Origin: Verrucomicrobiota bacterium
Lineage (GTDB): Bacteria; Verrucomicrobiota; Verrucomicrobiia; Limisphaerales; JADJPG01
DNA length: 17,723 bases
Reading direction: 5' to 3'
Assembly: GCA_041166945.1 (NCBI GenBank)
Contig: JBEEGQ010000038.1
Location: 1-17,723, forward strand
Of the stretch, positions 14,903 to 17,723 are shown in pieces (positions within the stretch are counted from its first letter, which is position 1; each line of letters begins with the position of its first letter). The position numbers and the translations under genes were made by a program. The notes beneath the pieces were generated by a model. That model was not told the origin of the DNA, did no database searches, and saw only the letters and a program-made list of their open reading frames with translations.

Positions 14903-16324
14903 TCAGGAAGAAATCTCCCAACCAGCGCGATACGATTCTTTCAGGAATTTGTCTGCTTCGGGCGCGTTGCCGCACTTCATCGCCTTGGCATCCCAGGAAA
15001 GTTTTTTACCGACGCGCATGGCGACCAGACCAAGCAGTCCAACTTCCGTCAGAGCCGCACCGTATTCGAAGTTGGAACTCGGCGATGGGCCGCCTTTGCA
15101 GGCGGCGAGCCATTCGCGGTGATGGCCTTTTGAGCGGACCAGACTGGACTTGGGACGCTGATATTCTTTGTCCTTTGATGCAGGGATGAGTTTAGGACGT
15201 CCGCCCCAGCCGGGGCTGGAGAGCGAGCCTTTGTCTCCGATGAAGAGGATACCGTTGCCGTCGAATTGCTCACTGCCTTCCATTGCGTCCGGCCGAGGCG
15301 GTTTCAGGCCGCCTTCGTACCAGGTGAACTTGACGGCTGGCTTGTCGCCGCGTGGCCCAAACTGGTAGGTGTAAAGTCCGGCGGCAGGAGCAATGTATTT
15401 GTCCACCGCGCCGACTGCCGAAGCCTCGATGCTGAGTGGTTCGCGCAGGTTCAGCGCCCACATCGCGGGATCAAAGTTGTGGCAGAAGAAATCGCCGATG
15501 GGAGCGGTCCCGAAATCCCAGAAGTCGCGCCAGCGAACGGGATTCAGCGCAGTACTGTAGCCGCGTGATTCGCGGGGGCCGAGCCAGAGGTCCCAATTCA
15601 CGCCGCTGGGCGTGGGTTCGTCGTCCGGGCGAGCAGTCAGGCCTTTGTTCCAGCGAGTCGCGCTGGTCCAGGCATGGACTTCGCGCACGTTGCCGATGGC
15701 ACCGTCCCAAATGATCTCGCAAGTCTCACGGATGAAATCCCCAGAGTGCCCCTGATTGCCCATCGTCGTGGCCACGCCGGATTCTCTCGCGACACGCGCC
15801 ACCTGCCGTGCTTCCCAGACATTGTGCGTGAGCGGCTTCTCGCAATAGACGTGCTTCTTCAGGCGCATCGCGCTGATGCTCGCGAAGGCGTGCAGATGAT
15901 CAGGCGTGGCGCAGAGAATCGCATCGACGGCCTTCTCCTTCTCCAGCAAGTGACGGAAATCCTCGTAGGCTGCGACCTTGTAGTTTGGCGTCCTCGCAGA
16001 GTAGTGCTTCTCAATCTCAGCCTTCACCGGCAGGCGTCCGGCGGCGCCTTTGTAATAGAACGCGTCGAGATTCTGCGCCTCGATGGGATCAGCCACCGCG
16101 ATGATCTGCGCGTCGGCTTCCTGGAAAAGCGCGCGAACATTGGTGCGCCCCTGACCGCCGCAGCCGATGATGGCGATGTTCACCTTCTCGCTCGGCGCAA
16201 CAAAGCCGGCGCCGCCGAGAACGTGGCGGGGAACGATGGTGAATCCGGCGATGGCCGTGGCCGTGCCGCGAATGAATGTCCGGCGGCTCAATCCGCTTCT
16301 GGTTTTGTTGCGAGGCTGATTCAT
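14903..16324 (-). CDS. Tat-exported Gfo/Idh/MocA family NAD(P)-dependent oxidoreductase (glycoside/sugar dehydrogenase-like)
   Basis: Twin-arginine signal MNQPRNKTRSGLSRRTFIRGTATAIAGFTIVP (SRRxF consensus). Rossmann motif IAIIGCGGQG near the N-terminus and the EKP motif (YCEKPLTHNVWEAR) of the Gfo/Idh/MocA family. ATG at 16324 overlaps the stop of the upstream TIM-barrel gene as ATGA, indicating translational coupling. The track ORF extends to 16399, but that N-extension (MGKHRVGHRAMHWVCPRL...) is not signal-like. Confidence 0.9.
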   Translation of the reverse strand: MNQPRNKTRSGLSRRTFIRGTATAIAGFTIVPRHVLGGAGFVAPSEKVNIAIIGCGGQGRTNVRALFQEADAQIIAVADPIEAQNLDAFYYKGAAGRLPVKAEIEKHYSARTPNYKVAAYEDFRHLLEKEKAVDAILCATPDHLHAFASISAMRLKKHVYCEKPLTHNVWEARQVARVARESGVATTMGNQGHSGDFIRETCEIIWDGAIGNVREVHAWTSATRWNKGLTARPDDEPTPSGVNWDLWLGPRESRGYSTALNPVRWRDFWDFGTAPIGDFFCHNFDPAMWALNLREPLSIEASAVGAVDKYIAPAAGLYTYQFGPRGDKPAVKFTWYEGGLKPPRPDAMEGSEQFDGNGILFIGDKGSLSSPGWGGRPKLIPASKDKEYQRPKSSLVRSKGHHREWLAACKGGPSPSSNFEYGAALTEVGLLGLVAMRVGKKLSWDAKAMKCGNAPEADKFLKESYRAGWEISS

Positions 16325-17208
16325 GGCTTGTTCTCCGCGTCGGCAAAGCCGCGGACATACCCAATGCATTGCGCGATGTCCGACACGGTGTTTTCCCAAT
16401 CGCGCTCGTATTCGATGGAGATGTTCCCGTCGAACTTCTGACGGCGCAGTTCACGCAGGATGCCTTTCACGTTCGTGACGCCCAGGCCGAGCGGGAGGTC
16501 GGGCGCATCGGGGTTGCCGGATTCAACGATGTCCTTCAAATGCACACTGATGACGCGGCCCTCGAAAATCTTGAGTCCAGCGACGGCATCCACGCTGGAG
16601 CGCGTCCAGTGCCCGACATCGGCGCAAACGCCGAAACGCGGGTCACGATCCTTGACGAGCGAGAAGACGTAGTTGGGATCCCAAAGTTTGTAGTCAGGTT
16701 TATTGGCGCGCTTCGGATGACAGTGAATCCCCGCTGCGATGTCATACTCCTGGATCAGCTTCTCAATCAGGTCGATTTGATCGGGCGACGGCTCGATGGT
16801 GATGGCGCGAACGCCCAACTTCTTCCCAAAATCGAAAACCTTCCGCGCTCCGGCTTCGTCCTTTGGGATTCCCACCACGCCGAAGTTCACGATGAGCAGG
16901 CCGTGCTGCTTCGCCTTGGCCTTGAGCTTCAGGATCGTTTCGTCCGTGGCGTTCGCATCGACCTTGGATTTCTTGTCGTCCAGGCTGAGTGACTGGCCCG
17001 GATAAAATTCAATCGCCTTGCCGCCCGCCGCCGCTGTTCTTTCAATCGCTTCAAACGCCGTGAAGCGGTGGAAGGTGTACGCCTGGCAGCCGAGGACAAA
17101 TCCGCCGACGCGATATTCCGGGCCGACGGACGGGGCGGCCTTCGTGGGAGCAGCAAACATTGTCGCGGCGAGTGCGACGACGCATTTCCAAAGTGCGAAT
17201 CGTTTCAT
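16321..17208 (-). CDS. Sec-exported sugar phosphate isomerase/epimerase (xylose isomerase-like TIM barrel, AP-endonuclease-2 fold)
   Basis: Start ATG 17208 gives signal peptide MKRFALWKCVVALAATMFAAPTKA|AP. It lies 22 nt after the ThuA-like stop (17231). TIM-barrel body with the conserved metal/His-containing segments (GIHCHP..., GVCADVGHW..., ISIEYE) typical of the xylose-isomerase-like TIM barrel family. The longer track ORF (to 17265) would overlap the upstream gene. Confidence 0.85.
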   Translation of the reverse strand: MKRFALWKCVVALAATMFAAPTKAAPSVGPEYRVGGFVLGCQAYTFHRFTAFEAIERTAAAGGKAIEFYPGQSLSLDDKKSKVDANATDETILKLKAKAKQHGLLIVNFGVVGIPKDEAGARKVFDFGKKLGVRAITIEPSPDQIDLIEKLIQEYDIAAGIHCHPKRANKPDYKLWDPNYVFSLVKDRDPRFGVCADVGHWTRSSVDAVAGLKIFEGRVISVHLKDIVESGNPDAPDLPLGLGVTNVKGILRELRRQKFDGNISIEYERDWENTVSDIAQCIGYVRGFADAENKP

Positions 17209-17230
17209 AAGCTTGGAAGGGGAGGCTGGC

Positions 17231-17723
17231 TCATTTGCCCGGTTTCGGTTGCGGCGTGGCGTCACCCGGAGTCAATCCCATCGACCACTGCACCATCTCC
17301 AGCCACATTTTTTGAAAGTCTGGGCGGTCCCAGAGGGCGGGGACGTGGCCGAGTCCGTTGTAGAGCACGCGACCCTTGCCAAAATGCTTCGCCCAGATGA
17401 CGGCGAAGTCATTGTCGGTGCGCTTCACGCCTTTGCGGGTAAGATCGAGTTTGCTGGCGTCGAGACTCATCAGCACGCGCACGTTCTGCCGGGAGTAGTC
17501 CTTGATCTGATAAATTTCGTCGAAGAGAGAGAACGTCGCCGGAAAGTTCTTTAGACCGGGGAACTTCGCATCCTCGACGACGAGCGGCGCATTGAACTGG
17601 CCCCAGGGGTGGCCGTCGAAATACCCGCCCAGCATTTCGCCGTATTCTGGCCAGCCGGTAAACGTGATGGCGGCGCTGTGGATGCCGATGAAGCCCTTGC
17701 CATCGTCGCGAACGAACGAGAGC
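17231..17723 (-). CDS. ThuA-like (trehalose-utilisation / class-I glutamine-amidotransferase-like) protein, C-terminal part only (gene continues beyond window end)
   Basis: The frame stays open to base 17723, translating ...LSFVRDDGKGFIGIHSAAITFTGWPEYGEMLGGYFDGHPWGQFNAPLVVED...PGK*. The GFIGIHSA motif and overall sequence match the ThuA/DUF1080-type family. It is the first gene of a three-gene minus-strand operon. Confidence 0.8.
   Translation of the reverse strand, partial: LSFVRDDGKGFIGIHSAAITFTGWPEYGEMLGGYFDGHPWGQFNAPLVVEDAKFPGLKNFPATFSLFDEIYQIKDYSRQNVRVLMSLDASKLDLTRKGVKRTDNDFAVIWAKHFGKGRVLYNGLGHVPALWDRPDFQKMWLEMVQWSMGLTPGDATPQPKPGK

Noticed and set aside
16325-16399. Longer N-terminal extension of the Gfo/Idh/MocA ORF (MGKHRVGHRAMHWVCPRLCRRGEQA...)
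   Set aside because: The extension is not signal-peptide-like and overlaps the upstream TIM-barrel gene's 3' end. ATG 16324 gives a textbook Tat signal and an ATGA coupling with the upstream stop.
1-17723. CRISPR arrays, IS elements, integrases, tRNA genes
   Set aside because: No regularly spaced direct repeats, no transposase or integrase-like translations in any frame, and no tRNA-like T-loop/acceptor structures were seen. Short GGTGCGAACC and GCGCTTCGACGCG matches lack the surrounding tRNA architecture.

Overview
High-GC (~58-60%) bacterial chromosomal window. It most resembles a PVC-group (Verrucomicrobiota/Planctomycetota) or Acidobacteriota soil/aquatic organism, judged from SBBP beta-propeller repeats, DxDxDG...GxDP motifs, C-terminal '...(F/Y)FRV' modules, and Tat/Sec-exported Gfo/Idh/MocA + ThuA + xylose-isomerase-like TIM-barrel genes. 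I call eleven protein-coding genes and no rRNA, tRNA, CRISPR array or obvious mobile element. Left to right: (1) 5'-truncated secreted SBBP beta-propeller repeat protein. (2) Secreted multidomain GH25 muramidase (lysozyme) with two tandem ~165-aa domains of unknown function. (3-6) A minus-strand, tightly coupled four-gene cluster of exported carbohydrate-active-looking proteins: right-handed beta-helix protein, tandem double alpha/beta-hydrolase, lipoprotein esterase with FN3 tail, unknown secreted TIM-barrel-like protein. (7) CPBP (CAAX/Abi) intramembrane protease. (8) Divergently transcribed flotillin/SPFH protein behind a ~620-bp ORF-free, hairpin-rich leader. (9-11) A minus-strand operon thuA-like -> Sec-exported xylose-isomerase-like TIM barrel -> Tat-exported Gfo/Idh/MocA oxidoreductase, which looks like a periplasmic oxidative (3-keto) glycoside-cleavage module. 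Observations I rate most worth follow-up: the secreted GH25 muramidase with novel repeated domains that are also shared with the neighbouring SBBP protein; the double esterase whose second copy has lost its nucleophile serine (GMSKG -> GAGAG); the exported ThuA/GFO/TIM-barrel trio; and the CPBP protease followed by a start-less protein-like open frame and a perfect 10-bp inverted repeat. Many long antisense ORFs in the track are high-GC artefacts.
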